Below are positions 11,972 to 24,736 of a DNA stretch of 64,000 nt, in pieces. A model generated the notes under the pieces. The model made no database searches, had not been told where the DNA came from, and saw only the letters and a program-made list of their open reading frames with translations. Source of the DNA: Phoronis australis (taxonomy: Eukaryota > Animalia > Phoronida); contig NMRA01000245.1 in the NCBI GenBank assembly GCA_002633005.1, positions 62,001 through 126,000 on the forward strand, given 5' to 3'. The translations under genes were made by a program, and so were the position numbers. The stretch's first letter is position 1, and every line of letters starts with the position of its first letter.

Positions 11972-12053
11972 CAGGGCTCCTGGATTTTGAGAACCAGTTT
12001 GATGCCCTGGCCGTTATTCAGTTGAAAATTGTTTCTCAAAATCCAGGACCCTG
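11972..12053. repeat. Short inverted repeat or MITE-like hairpin
   Basis: cagggctcctggattttgagaa ... ttctcaaaatccaggaccctg; a related fragment lies near 23640-23700. Confidence 0.6.
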
Positions 12054-12781
12054 TAAATGACTTGCCCGTTTACTAATCCCGAGAATCCAGTTGTAAAATT
12101 AAGATACCCACTCATTTAAAGAGTGGTCGAAAAACTGGGACCCACCTGTAGGGCTTCTACAAGTTGCTTTTTTGCAGGATTTTATTCCAGAATTGGAGTT
12201 TCCTACAAGTTCTTGGACAGTCATCTTCCTTTTTTAACTTGATGCAATAGAAGTACAGATATTAAAAACCCTCCTGCAGGTTTATGCAATTCGAAAAAGG
12301 AACATTTCCAACTCCTCAAGTGAACTTTTGTAGGCAGTTCGAGGGAATACCACCGTAGCGAAAAATTCACCTCTCGGAACAGCATGTCCACTATTTCTGA
12401 TAGTGTCCCCAGGCTTACATGGGTGGGAAATGAAAGGTCACATGGGACCTTGTCGAGCATTTTGCCAAATGACTGAAAAATTAAACTTTAAAAAAGGGAA
12501 TTATTTCCAAAAACAAAGTCTGACTAGAATTTTCATTTTTTGCTTCATACCAATCTCCCATTGACTCGCATGACAATGTATTTTTGTTAACATTTATCAA
12601 AAAAGTACATTCATAACAAAACTTTACTTACTGGGGTATTAAGTAAATACTTTAGGTATCTGAGTTTTTTTAGGGTCTCACAAAACCTTAAACAGCAGAA
12701 CTGGAGATGGCCTAAAACCTAAGAGACGGTCAGTTTCACTCTTGCTGGAGCGAAATGAAACGCAACACATTGAATCAATGG

Positions 12782-12787
12782 TTTATT
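12782..12787 (-). terminator. Probable boule polyadenylation signal (implies a 3'UTR of about 1.9 kb)
   Basis: AATAAA on the minus strand followed by a GT/T-rich tract (tgtgttgcgtttcatttc). Confidence 0.45.
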
Positions 12788-14426
12788 CTTTCTAGAGGCC
12801 CAATGAGTTACCCGGGCTTTCTATTTACATTTTCATATCCTTACCTAGTCTGTGATGTGGCAGTTAGCAGACAAGCTACTAAATGCTGGTGTAAACTGTA
12901 CTAAGACAGCACCAAATGAGTACAACAGGGCTGGTCATGCTTTGCATACTATCTATGACATGTGGCCACTTTCGCTAACATTTACAGTACAATAGACAAA
13001 ATGAGATCACAAAGGAGCCAAAAACAAAATGGACATAACAAATGTCAGATTACATGGTCAGCACTGTACACATGAAGCATGGTTCTAGACAACTTAATAT
13101 CAGATACACACCATGGCTGTGACTGAATGATACAAACTAAAATGTCCCATCTATAACACTACTATCCAACTTAATTGTGTGCAAAGTGATGGTAATTACA
13201 ATTGCATCCCCTGAAAAATGATCCAAGTATTCATATTTCAATTCTTGGATCATCAGACGCAAGATTTTCTTTCATTTAAGCCATGGACTTTAACAGAACG
13301 GATTAAAGAATAATAAATTAAACGAGATGAAAATTAGTACTCGATGACAATAGGTTTAAAACTTGGCACTTTTTGGCATAACATGGACTTAAATATTCAA
13401 CTATTAAACCATGCAACAGAAATAAATAAGAAACTGCATGCAAGATTCATCACAAACAAAACATACAACAAAACGAATCACAGAATCAAGAGTACGTCGT
13501 TTACATTGAGATTCAAAAATATCAATCCATAAGTTTAAACCCAACATATTCACAAGAAAACATATTTGTACTTAGACTATAAAGTTCAGTATATACGGAC
13601 AGAAATGCACTGTCAACCACTAGCAGTCACTTTCCGCAGCAGCATGCTGACAAGAGGTCTATAGCCATCTTACCCTCTCTAAGTACGGAAGATGCACGTC
13701 TACAGGAATGATAGGTTGTGTGGTAAGAGCGGTTTGTGAACAACAAACGTAACACTGACCATCGTCGTACATTGTTGTCTGCACAAAGAACAGATGAAAA
13801 CAAGCCCAAGTATTGATATGAACAATCACAACCACAGAACATCCACATTTTATGAGTAACACGGAATAAATTATACTGACAATCTCTCAATATTTACACC
13901 TTCAGTTATGTGCTGTTTTATAAACATGTTGTTTTTCAATTACATGCCAACATAGACTGAATTAAGGTACATAACACCACTGTGCAATGAAATCGCAGAT
14001 ACTGCTAACAACTACTGTCATGTAACAAAAGGCATGAGTGATAGGCCAACAGTTTTGACAATAACAATTATGCAATTTACCAGACCTCGACATTAAATCC
14101 TGACTTAACAAAATATCAACACTTAGTCTAGAAACATTTCAACAATTAACCTTTAACTAGAAAGTAACTTTCAAGTTCAACTTAACAATATTTACATCTT
14201 AAGTTTTATAGTTTGCGAGTATTAGTGTTCCTTTTATTAAAAAGTTATTTACAAGCAACTTCAACCACCAAAAAGTAACATGCAACTATAAAGAGATTCC
14301 ATTTTCTTGATTTCACTAAACTTTATATGTTCTATCGATTCATTTAGATAAAAATCAATGGGAGATAAAAAATCAAGAAATTACTCTTCACCAAACGCCT
14401 CTCGAATACGACTCTCATTATGACTA

Positions 14427-14535
14427 AACTGACACCTATCACGTGATAACTGACACCTATCACGTGATAACTGACACCTATCACGTGATAACTGACACCT
14501 ATCACGTGATAACTGACACCTATCAAGTGATAACT
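14427..14535. repeat. 21-bp tandem repeat, about 5 copies, in the boule 3'UTR
   Basis: AACTGACACCTATCACGTGAT units containing the palindrome TATCACGTGATA. Confidence 0.93.
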
Positions 14536-14655
14536 GAGAGCTATGATTTAAACATTCAACCACATTTATGTAAACATTACCAACAATTCAATCATAATCA
14601 AGTTGTGGTTCGCAGGTGTTTTTCCATTTCTGATGTGCATTTTCAGTGGTCATCG

Positions 14656-14988
14656 CTAACAATTTGTTTCCATGGAGTCGGGACTCCTTGCAAGAGGAGT
14701 AGGAGGCGGGGTCGGTGGTGCATAAGATGACAAGCTCTCGACAGATGCATCCATGTCCATCCTTTCTATTACATTTATAGGTGTGCCGTTAACTATTTTT
14801 TTGACGTAACGAGTCTGGTTTGCTACGAAGTTGGGTGGGGGCAAAATAGTGGCTCCTGGTATGTGCCGAATAGGTCGCAGAGTGGCAGCTAAACCAGACA
14901 GTCTGGGTGCAGTGACTGGAAACTTCAAGACCCGTCTTGGGTGGCGGGCTACAGTTGATGACACATCACAATCACCACCTAAGCCTCC
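14656..14988 (-). CDS. BOLL: boule probable terminal coding exon
   Basis: Long pyrimidine tract plus ttttttag|GGA acceptor in phase 0; open for 110 codons (GGLGGDCDVSS...PPTPPPTPLARSPDSMETNC*). Assigned from position and phase, not from recognised homology. Confidence 0.65.
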   Translation of the reverse strand, partial: GGLGGDCDVSSTVARHPRRVLKFPVTAPRLSGLAATLRPIRHIPGATILPPPNFVANQTRYVKKIVNGTPINVIERMDMDASVESLSSYAPPTPPPTPLARSPDSMETNC

Positions 14989-15870
14989 CTAAAAAAGGCG
15001 CGAGCGACGTCAGGAGTCGTGTGAAGAGGAAAAGAGAGACGGATAGAAGAGAGTTGCAGTGTTGTTACTGTGTATTACTGTGACAGGAAGTGCTGTGATT
15101 CTCTGATGCATCTAGAGTTAGGCAGATTGCTGAAACGTGGAAAGAACAAGTAAGTACCCAAACAAGCATGCAAGTACTCAGACAATGGTGCAGTTAACAA
15201 ATCACAAGGTTTTCATTAAACAGGTGCTATAGCAACCAGTCTGAAATAAACTCACCCCGGCCCACTTGTTCTCACCTATAAGTACACCTATACCTATGTA
15301 TGTAAGCCCAACCCATCTTATATATCACTATACCTGTGTATGTAAGCCCAACCCATCTTATATATCACTCCACATTGAATAAACCGCTTTTCTATATAGC
15401 GCTCTGTCACTGGACAAGTTAGTGCAAAGATATGCTTGTTCACCAAAAGGGCTTACACACCAATTTATAAGTCCACGCCCCATTTTTTACTATTATATTT
15501 TAAATGCCTTATTGTTTTTAAAGACACTGGTTACAAACTAAGTCACTGTAACCTGTGAATCAAACAAGATGATTTGGCTCACTATTGGGCCAGATGCTCC
15601 CTTCAGCCACAGATCCAGCAGGTCACTTTTACCAAACAACCATAGTGTGGACGAACATTTTTTTTTTGATTGAACAAATGTTGCTGAAAACAGGAGAAAA
15701 CTTCATTGGGTTGAAGAGAGTTACAGGACTTATTTACTAACAAGAAATGATCCAGTTTTAGATAAATACATTTTTAGCACAATGCAAAATGAAGTTAATA
15801 GTGTTAAGCGTAGAAAGAAGACAGCCCAAGTCATCTCGGATATACATTAATTTCCAGCAGGTCAAAAGGA

Positions 15871-18800
15871 TACTAATAATAATTAGTACTCCCCCAGGGA
15901 AAATGCAGTTTAAACTGTCCTCATTGTGTAAACAAAATGAATTTGTTGCTTCCAAATGTGCAACCTCTCTTCCAGTCATCCATTAACTCGCTTCTTAAAT
16001 TGTTATCGCCACAGCTTGCTGATTACGCATATTTTTAAGAAGTGTTAAAGGTCTATACAGACCCTAGTTTTGTATAAGTCAAGAGTCAAATTGACTGAAG
16101 AGCCAAGTCAGATTTACTATCTTTTTAATTTTCGTTCCACTACTTCATTTACTATCCACGGAGCAACAGAAAGAGATGTGAACGGCCCAATGACCCACGT
16201 CTTTAGTCTTGCCCTCAAGTGAAGTAGACAAAGAAGCATTTTCAATAACCCACATGAAGACCCCAAACTGTCTGATGCAAACGTTAAGATTCAAGAGGGG
16301 GCTGAATGATTGTTGACCAGTCTATTAGGGCTGTACAGTTACATTAAAACAACGGATATTGTCCTCAATCATGCAAACACTGCCTAATGCCGAAATGCAA
16401 ACAAGCCAATTCTGAACTTTCACAGTAATTTCACATGCTCACAGTTATGCTGAATCTATTTTGCTAGTAAAGGGCCAATTAAATATTATTTCTAATGAAG
16501 CAAGCAATAAATACTTTATAAGAAGTGCATATGGTCTGCCAAATAACAAACAGGCTCAGATTATGAGGTGGAGATACAAACAACACATGACAACAGGTGG
16601 GTTCTGAATAGGAACTTATTGGACACCCCTTAACACCAGTTTTTGAGCTTTCAATGTTTGTTACTTGTAAAATGAATTATTCAACCAAACTCGTGACATT
16701 TCCAGAGGCTTACTATATGATGGTGGGACTGCAAAATGATTTAGGAAATTAACGCAAACAATACTGTTCCTAATTCCCAGCGGTAGATAAGCAAATCAAG
16801 TGTCCTGAAAAACGCCTCACTTTTTGACTGGTAATATGTAGTAATATCGTGATAGTCATGTTTTATATATATTAAGCAAGCCATTGCAAAACTCCTTGAC
16901 AAGAGAGAATTCCTGCTGTTTATATGCACAAGATCAGTTCATTAATTTCGTTACACCTTTGGTACGTGTCAGTCAAACTTACAAAAACATTGTTCGCGTC
17001 ATTGGAAATTTAAATATCTCAATTATGGTGGTAATAAAAAAGTTCAGAAAAAGGGAAGAAAATGAGGTCCCAGAATTTGTCATTTTACGCGATTAGGGAG
17101 CCATTAAATGTATTGCAAGATAGGGTTGAAACTTAATGAAGCCTCTTCATAGGAGACTGACATTTGGAGATGTTAGCAAAGACTATGTCTACCCTTGTAT
17201 TTTAGTCAGAGGCGACATAAGGCTCTTTCATACTAATGTTGACACATCAATGTTTTGGGGAGTTGCGGTCAGTATGAACGGTTAATTTTGGTCCTGGATT
17301 GAAGTTTAACAGCGCTAGTTAACTTCGCAGTAAATAGGTGGATTTAACACCGATGACAACAGCATCACCTACCGTTTAAATCGATGCCGTTAACTACCGA
17401 AGCTGGTATGAATGATTCAATTAACTTCACAGTTTACGTAGACACTCCGCTCATACCGGAGTTAAGGTAATACGAAAGGGCCTATAAAGCCTAGGTTGAA
17501 ATGACTGGCATGACAGTTGTTTACTGGCAGTGACGATATTTTGTGCCAAATCCAATACAATTTGTGCAATAATGACAAAGGTTAAAGTCGGCTGAACAAT
17601 AGCCCACCAGACTATGATGCAAAATAAACAACTAAACAGTCCAGGTTCCTCTTGCACTCTGATCACAAACAACTGGTGTTTTTTAATCTACAATGTACTT
17701 AACTTTTAGCCTGCAACCAGCTTATGTTGAGTACATACAACACAACTTACAGGCAAGTTTGTATCCTGGCAGCGACAATCACGTAGTTGATACAACTAGG
17801 GTATCATAGGGATTACAAGTATGACTAATTGAGTACCCATGTGGGCCAATGAGTTCAAAAAGACTATTGTGTTCGTATTTAAAAAATAGCAAACCTGTTC
17901 CTTCACTCTACAATCACACAACTTTAATTTCTTCCAGGCCCAGACCTGTCATGAAGATAATTCACAATGGATTTTTAGAATTTTCCAAATTCTTATAAAA
18001 ATAGATTAAAATTACCTTGCGCCAACTTGTGGTTTTTGGTCACTTAATCACAGAAAAATTGGTTAAGTCAAAAAGCGAGACGTTCTTTTTGAGACACCCG
18101 ATATGCATGTTTGCTTCTAGTTGAGCTCTCTGCGTTGCTACTAGAAACAGCCTTCACTAAAATCTAAATAATTTTAACCACTTTCAACTGTCACATCAAA
18201 AATGCATGAAATATAAATGGAATCGATTAAACAAAGAAAACTTAACCAAAATAAACATAATAAAATAATGAACAAAGAAAACTTGAAAATCTAAACAAGA
18301 AACATTACACACATTCAAGTACCTCACTTTTGACTAAAAGCTGTTAGGTTGACTATGGATGATAACCGTGNTACTAATAATAATTAGTACCCCCCCAGGG
18401 AAAATGCAGTTTAAACTGTCCTCATTGTGTAAACAAAATGAATTTGTTGCTTCCAGATGTGCAACCTCTCTTCCAGTCAGCCATTAACTCGCTTCTTAAA
18501 TTGTTTTCGCCACAGCTTGCTGATTACGCATATTTTTAAGAAGTGTCAAAGGTCTATACAGACCCTAGTTTTGTTTAAGTCAAGAGTCAAATTGATGAAG
18601 AGCCACAATTCAGGTTTACTATCTTTTTAATTTTCGTTCCACTACTGTATTTACTATCCACGGAGCAACAGAAAGAGAAATGAACGGCCCAATGACCCAC
18701 GTCTTTAGTCTTGCCCTCAAGTGAAGTAGACAAAGAATCATTTTCAATAACCCACATGAAGACCCAAAACTGTCTGATGCAAAGGTTAAGATTCAAGAGG

Positions 18801-20885
18801 GGGCTGAATGATTGTTGACCAGTCTATTAGGGCTGTACAGTTACAGTAAAACAATGGATATTGTCCTCAATCATGCAAACACTGCCTAAAGCCGAAATGC
18901 AAGCAAGCCAATTCTGAACTTTCACAGTAATTTCACATGCTCACATGTTATGCTGAATCTATTTTGCTAGTAAAGGGCCAATTAAATATTATTTCCAATG
19001 AAGCAAGCAATAAATACTTTATAAGAAGTGCATATGGTCTGCCAAATAACAAACAGGCTCAGATTATGAGGTGGAGATACAAACAACACATGACAACAGG
19101 TGGGTTCTGAATAGGAACTTATTGGACACCCCTTAAGACCAGTTTTTGAGCTTTCAATGTTTGTTACTTGTAAAATGAATTATTCAACCAAACTCATGAC
19201 ATTTCCAGAGGCTAACTATATGATGGTGGGACTGTTATGCAAAATGATTTAGGAAATTAACGCAAACAATACTGTTCCTAATTCCCAGCGGTAGACAAGC
19301 ACAGCAAATCAAGTGTCCTGAAAAACGCCTCACTTTTTGACTGGTAATATGTAGTAATATCGTGATAGTCATGTTTTATATATATTAAGCAAGCCATTGC
19401 AAAACTCCTTGACAAGAGAGAACTCCTGCTGTTTATATGCACAAGATCAGTTCATCAATTTCGTTACACCTTTGGTACGTGTCAGTCAAACTTACAAAAA
19501 CATTGTTCGCGTCATTGGAAATTTAAATATCTTAATTATGGTGGTAATAAAAAAGTTCAGAAAAAGGGAAGAAAATGAGGTCCCAGAATTTGTCATTTTA
19601 CGCGATTAGGGAGTCATTAAATGTATTGCAAGATAGGGTTGAAACTTAATGAAGCCTCTTCATAGGAGACTTTGACATTTGGAGATGTTAGCAAAGACTA
19701 TGTCTACCCTTGTATTTTAGTCAGAGGCGACATAAGGCCCTTTCATACTAATGCTGACACATCAATGTTTTGGGGAGTTGCGGTCAGTATGAACAGTTAA
19801 TTTTGGTCCTGGATTGAAGTTTAACAGCGCTAGTTAACTTCATAGTAAATAGGTGGATTTAACACCGATGACAACAGCATCACCTACCGTTTAAATCGAT
19901 GCCGTTAACTACCGAAGCTGGTATGAATGATTCAATTAACTTCACAGTTTACGTAGACACTCCGCTCATACCGGAGTTAAGGTAATACGAAAGGGCCTAT
20001 AAAGCCTAGGTTGAAATGACTGGCATGACAGTTGTTTACTGGCAGTGACGATATTTTGTGCCAAATCCAATACAATTTGTGCAATAATGACAAAGGTTAA
20101 AGTCGGCTGAACAATAGCCCACCAGACTATGATGCAAAATAAACAACTAAACAGTCCAGGTTCCTCTTGCACTCTGATCACAAACAACTGGTGTTTTTTA
20201 ATCTACAATGTACTTAACTTTTAGCCTGCAACCAGCTTATGTTGAGTACATACAACACAACTTACAGGCAAGTTTGTATCCTGGCAGCGACAATCACGTA
20301 GTTGATACAACTAGGGTATCATAGGGATTACAAGTATGACTAATTGAGTACCCATGTGGGCCAATGAGTTCAAAAAGACTATTGTGTTCGTATTTAAAAA
20401 ATAGCAAACCTGTTCCTTCACTCTACAATCACACAACTTTAATTTCTTCCAGGCCCAGACCTGTCATGAAGATAATTCACAATGGATTTTTAGAATTTTC
20501 CAAATTCTTATAAAAATAGATTAAAATTACCTTGCGCCAACTTGTGGTTTTTGGTCACTTAATCACAGAAAAATTGGTTAAGTCAAAAAGCGAGACGTTC
20601 TTTTTGAGACACCCGATATGCATGTTTGCTTCTAGTTGAGCTCTCTGCGTTGCTACTAAAAACAGCCTTCACTAAAATCTAAATAATTTTAACCACTTTC
20701 AACTGTCACATCAAAAATGCATGAAATATAAATGGAATCGATCAAACAAAGAAAACTTAACCAAAATAAACATAATAAAATAATGAACAAAGAAAATTTG
20801 AAAATCTAAACAAGAAACATTACACACATTCAAGTACCTCACTTTTGACTAAAAGCCGTTAGGTTGACTATGGATGATAACCGTG
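15871..20885. repeat. Direct tandem duplication of about 2.5 kb (15871-18370 and 18372-20885) separated by one N
   Basis: Near-identical copies (duplicated ORF-track entries 16884/19397 and 17451/19966); junction gataaccgtg-N-tactaataat. Confidence 0.95.
17220..17483. mobile_element. Possible MITE (second copy about 19734-19998 inside the duplication)
   Basis: Imperfect inverted ends aggc(c/t)ctttcatac ... atacgaaagggcct; internal gtatgaa/tcatac motifs. Confidence 0.45.
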
Positions 20886-21790
20886 CTTGACAAACTTACA
20901 AGGATAGGCATCCTACGGGTGAATTGATATGGAGGATTATGCATTTGGCAGGGTAAAACACACTAGTGGCAGGCAAATCATGTGGTTACCTTTCAACTCC
21001 ACTCAGTATCCGAAGCCATAGTGGGATAGGTAAGCCAAGCTTTTCTGAAATTAGCCAGTAGTCTGCACCATTAGCCGCTCAGAGTCCTTAATACAAACTG
21101 TCTGTGAAGGATTAAGTTTTGGGTCTAGTGAAATAGCATTGTTTTCACATGTCTGTTAATTACATAGTTTGTCAAGTCCTTAGTGGAAAACCCCTAGTTT
21201 GTCAGAATAAAGTTTATTTACATTACACAGTTGCTCTGTATAAAATGCCAGAAAACATATTAGGTTGTTCAGTTAGATCAAAGAAATCTTTTGATTGAAT
21301 TCAAAGTCAAAAAGTGACAAACCAAAAAAGCCTTGGGCGTTAGTCAGCTTTAACCTTTCAATTGGTGCCTACACGTTTTTACCAATTTCCACACTTGGCT
21401 TGGCGAGCATGATTCTCAGCACATATTGTTACACCAGGTTTATTATTAGTACTTATTAGTTTTTAACTGGTGCAAGACAGATCATAAGGTGTGATAAAAG
21501 TCGTTTGAAATCAAGGCAATGCAACATAACAGTTGGACATAAAACAAAATAGAAAACAGAAATGGAAACAAATGAGAAAAACTCAATAAAATGAATTTTC
21601 GTTTAACTTGGTCGAGTGACGTTTGCCATAAGGTCATCAAACAATCTTCTCAGTTCAAATCAACATACAATATGCGAGGTATTTTTTCCCTAATGGTGCA
21701 TTAAAATAACATCAGCGTCTATTATTTATCAAAACTGTTCAGAGAACATAAACTCCACTAGCCGGCTCAGGCCAGCTGTGTACAACTCAC

Positions 21791-21949
21791 CTCAGCAGGG
21801 GCCGCCTCCATCATTGGCACCTCGGATATATCAGCTGGCTGGCCATAGATGCCTGGCTGTGCATACAACAACTCTGGCCCTGCACTCTGCATGGCTGGGT
21901 ACATGGCAGCGTAGCCAGCAGGATTACCCACAGCTGCTGCTGTTGGACT
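21791..21949 (-). CDS. BOLL: boule coding exon
   Basis: ttgcag|AGT ... GAG|gtgagt, phase 0-0; SPTAAAVGNPAGYAAMYPAMQSAGPELLYAQPGIYGQPADISEVPMMEAAPAE (P/A/Y/Q-rich DAZ-family tail). Confidence 0.8.
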
Positions 21950-23001
21950 CTGCAACACACATGGGCTCTACTGGTAATGATTATATGGGGTGATATGTTT
22001 GCTGTCAAATCAAATCCTTATTTACTATTGCTGTGAACAGCCCAGAAATGTACCCTCTGGAACAGCACTTTCTTTATCATTCTGTACTGAAACATTGCAT
22101 ACCTTTTAAATTGCCCTTTAAATAACAGTCCAACAATGCAGAGACCTTTAATAGTTACGAGTAATTGAAATGACACGTGTCTAATCTATTGTCTCAGCTG
22201 GAATTTTGAGGACATACAGTCCAAACCCCAGAACATCCAGGTGTAGACATGGGTAGCAGTAAGAAACTGATGTCAATTCTGCCAATGATACAAATACATA
22301 TTCAATATACATACCAGTAACTATCATTAAACCAAACTTACAACACTTGGTGTTTCACACAATGTTAGCTTCAGTCTGTTCCAATTCTAGCACATACAGC
22401 AGTCTTGGACAATACCAAGCTGCATATGAAAAAGTAGCCAATACCTACAGGCAGTTTTCAGTTTTTGACAAAAGCGATTTCCTTATTTAGGGGACACAAA
22501 ATATGTTTTTATTATCTGGCAGCAGTTTTAACTGCTACATTAAAATCCGTTACACTTGCACTTCCTTTAAGGGCCGCATTTCAGACTATTATTGAACATG
22601 ATAGCTTGTTATTATACTCACGTCACAATAATATGAACGGGAAACAAAAATTCTTAATTCGCAATTCATTCATTGTTTTTAAGCTGATTTTATTATCTGT
22701 CATCAACTACATGGCTCCGCACGTCTAAGCTTCAGCCCAATGCAGTGACCACAATGTAAACAAAAGATAAAGCGAACTTTGCGAAGTTCCAGTTTGACTT
22801 CACGTACGTATCACCATATCGTAGTTGTCTGAGTTAGAACATAGAGCATGAATACAATAGGACATCTATTTTTCAGTTTTCAGTGTATCAATTGAAGCAC
22901 AGAGTACTTTTCATTTCCATGCCATTCTGGTATTTTTTATTTCAGAATATTCGGCACAGTGCTTCCACCATGAACCAGTGACACCACTACATGTATATTT
23001 T

Positions 23002-23498
23002 AGGGTGTCCGGAAAGTGTTAACAAAAATATTCTAAAATATGAGAACCAGTTAGGATGAGGTTTTGCCCGGAACTACTGTTTTTCTTTATTTCAGGAATG
23101 CAAAAGTTTGATTCGCAGAGAGCAGAATTTCAAAAGTGCTACAGTTGGCTATTATTGCAGAGAACAAACATACGTAACCAAGGTGATGTGCCAATGAGAC
23201 CAGTTAAATGAGCCCTTACTACATTCTCTGCAGTGGTAATTGTGCTCTGTTTGAACTATGGTAATTGTAGTTGAATGACAAGTGCTCCCCCTGTGAAGCA
23301 CGTGACGACTATAAGAGAGTCAGTTGCACACGGTCTGTAAAATCAATTCACAGTTTTGCTGCAATCAAGAGTCAATTTTGTACTTTGTGAAAGAAACACA
23401 GGGATTCCTGAAATACATAACACACCATTAGTTTCAAGTAAAACCATTTTCTAGTATTTATATTTCACAGTACTTTTGTCAACATTTTGGGACACCTC
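23002..23498. mobile_element. Tc1/mariner-like MITE
   Basis: Imperfect inverted ends of about 25 bp: agggtgtccggaaagtgttaacaaaa / ttttgtcaacattttgggacacct. Confidence 0.55.
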
Positions 23499-24661
23499 AT
23501 ATTAAGACGCAAAAGCATCTCTCTTACACGTATAGAATATTTCACATGAAATGGTCTTAGCACTTTCAGCTTAATAAACATTTAGTTCAACTAAATGCAA
23601 AGGTAATAGTCCGATATATCATGCCCGTACTTTAATAACCCGAGTTTGATGCTCGTTATTCAGTGGAAAAAACTGGTTCACAAAATTCAGGCATGCTATA
23701 TCGGACCATTATCAATGCAAAAACAACACTTCAGACACTTCAGTCAGATGTTATCATCAACTCTAAAGCTAATGAGCGTGGGAGTTTAAAAACTAGATTA
23801 TTGAACTGGATCCTGAGTCGTGATAACCACTGTTGTTGACAGTGGGGGAGGTTGGTCTAGTTGCTATATATAGTCTGGGGAAATCTGAGCTGGCTAAGGT
23901 CATTGACTGTCAATCACCAGTGAGGGTAGCCCCAAGTTCAACAACCATTTATGGTCGACCATGTGCTAAATACACCAGGGATTACTCACAACTGTCAGCA
24001 GGTAATGGGTTTAACCATGACAACAGGGAAACAACTTCTCAGATGACTAGAGAAGGTGCAGCATACTTCCTACCAATATTTCAGTTGCTAAGGAAACAAA
24101 GACTGACAGCATCACACATGTTTCAAACTAAAATTTAAAAAAGGCAACTCGTTGAACTTGCGTTTCACAGAAATACAATTTAACAAAAACTTTCAAATAA
24201 TAAGAATATGGCAGATGAACATGTGCCAAGCCAACAAAAATGTTCAAACTTTTTTGCAAAGATACTGAAAACCACAAGTTTACAATAGATCTACCAAAAC
24301 CTGCTTGGCTGATTGATAAAGGTAACTGACCTGAGCTGTGAATCTGTAAGTCTGCCAAGGCTGAGGTGTCTGCTAAAATAAAAAGGTTGAACTGTACCTT
24401 ACAGAAAGTAAGGAGCCATTACTCACAAAAACAAACTTTTTGTAAAAAAAGAAATACAACTCATATCTTGAGCAATTCTCCGAGTTGGCAATCTCAAGAT
24501 AAATTTTCTCAGTTGTTTTACTTATGAACAGAAATTAAGAGTTAGTATTATTAAAACAGCTTCCCCACCACAAAGAAAACAGTTTACTTTGAATTAATAA
24601 ATTTGTCCAGTCTTACGTGACCCTAGGTGGCAATAGACCATGGCGCCACAGGTGTACTTAC

Positions 24662-24736
24662 TGGTTGATAGGTGTACTGTGGTGGCTGAGAGATGTAGAC
24701 TGGTTGTGGCATCACCATAGTGTGATAGGCAGCTGG
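24662..24736 (-). CDS. BOLL: boule coding exon
   Basis: tttccag|CCA ... CCA|gtaagt, 75 nt, phase 0-0; PAAYHTMVMPQPVYISQPPQYTYQP (DAZ-repeat-like). Confidence 0.85.

Noticed and set aside
16884-20187. Apparently duplicated small genes (70 aa and 73 aa, each twice)
   Set aside because: Chance ORFs inside the 2.5-kb duplication, which is probably an assembly artefact.
24616-24661. Possible downstream alternative donor extending the boule 75-nt exon
   Set aside because: The extension hits an in-frame TAG (VSTPVAPWSIAT*), and the upstream donor is a perfect gtaagt; no further support.
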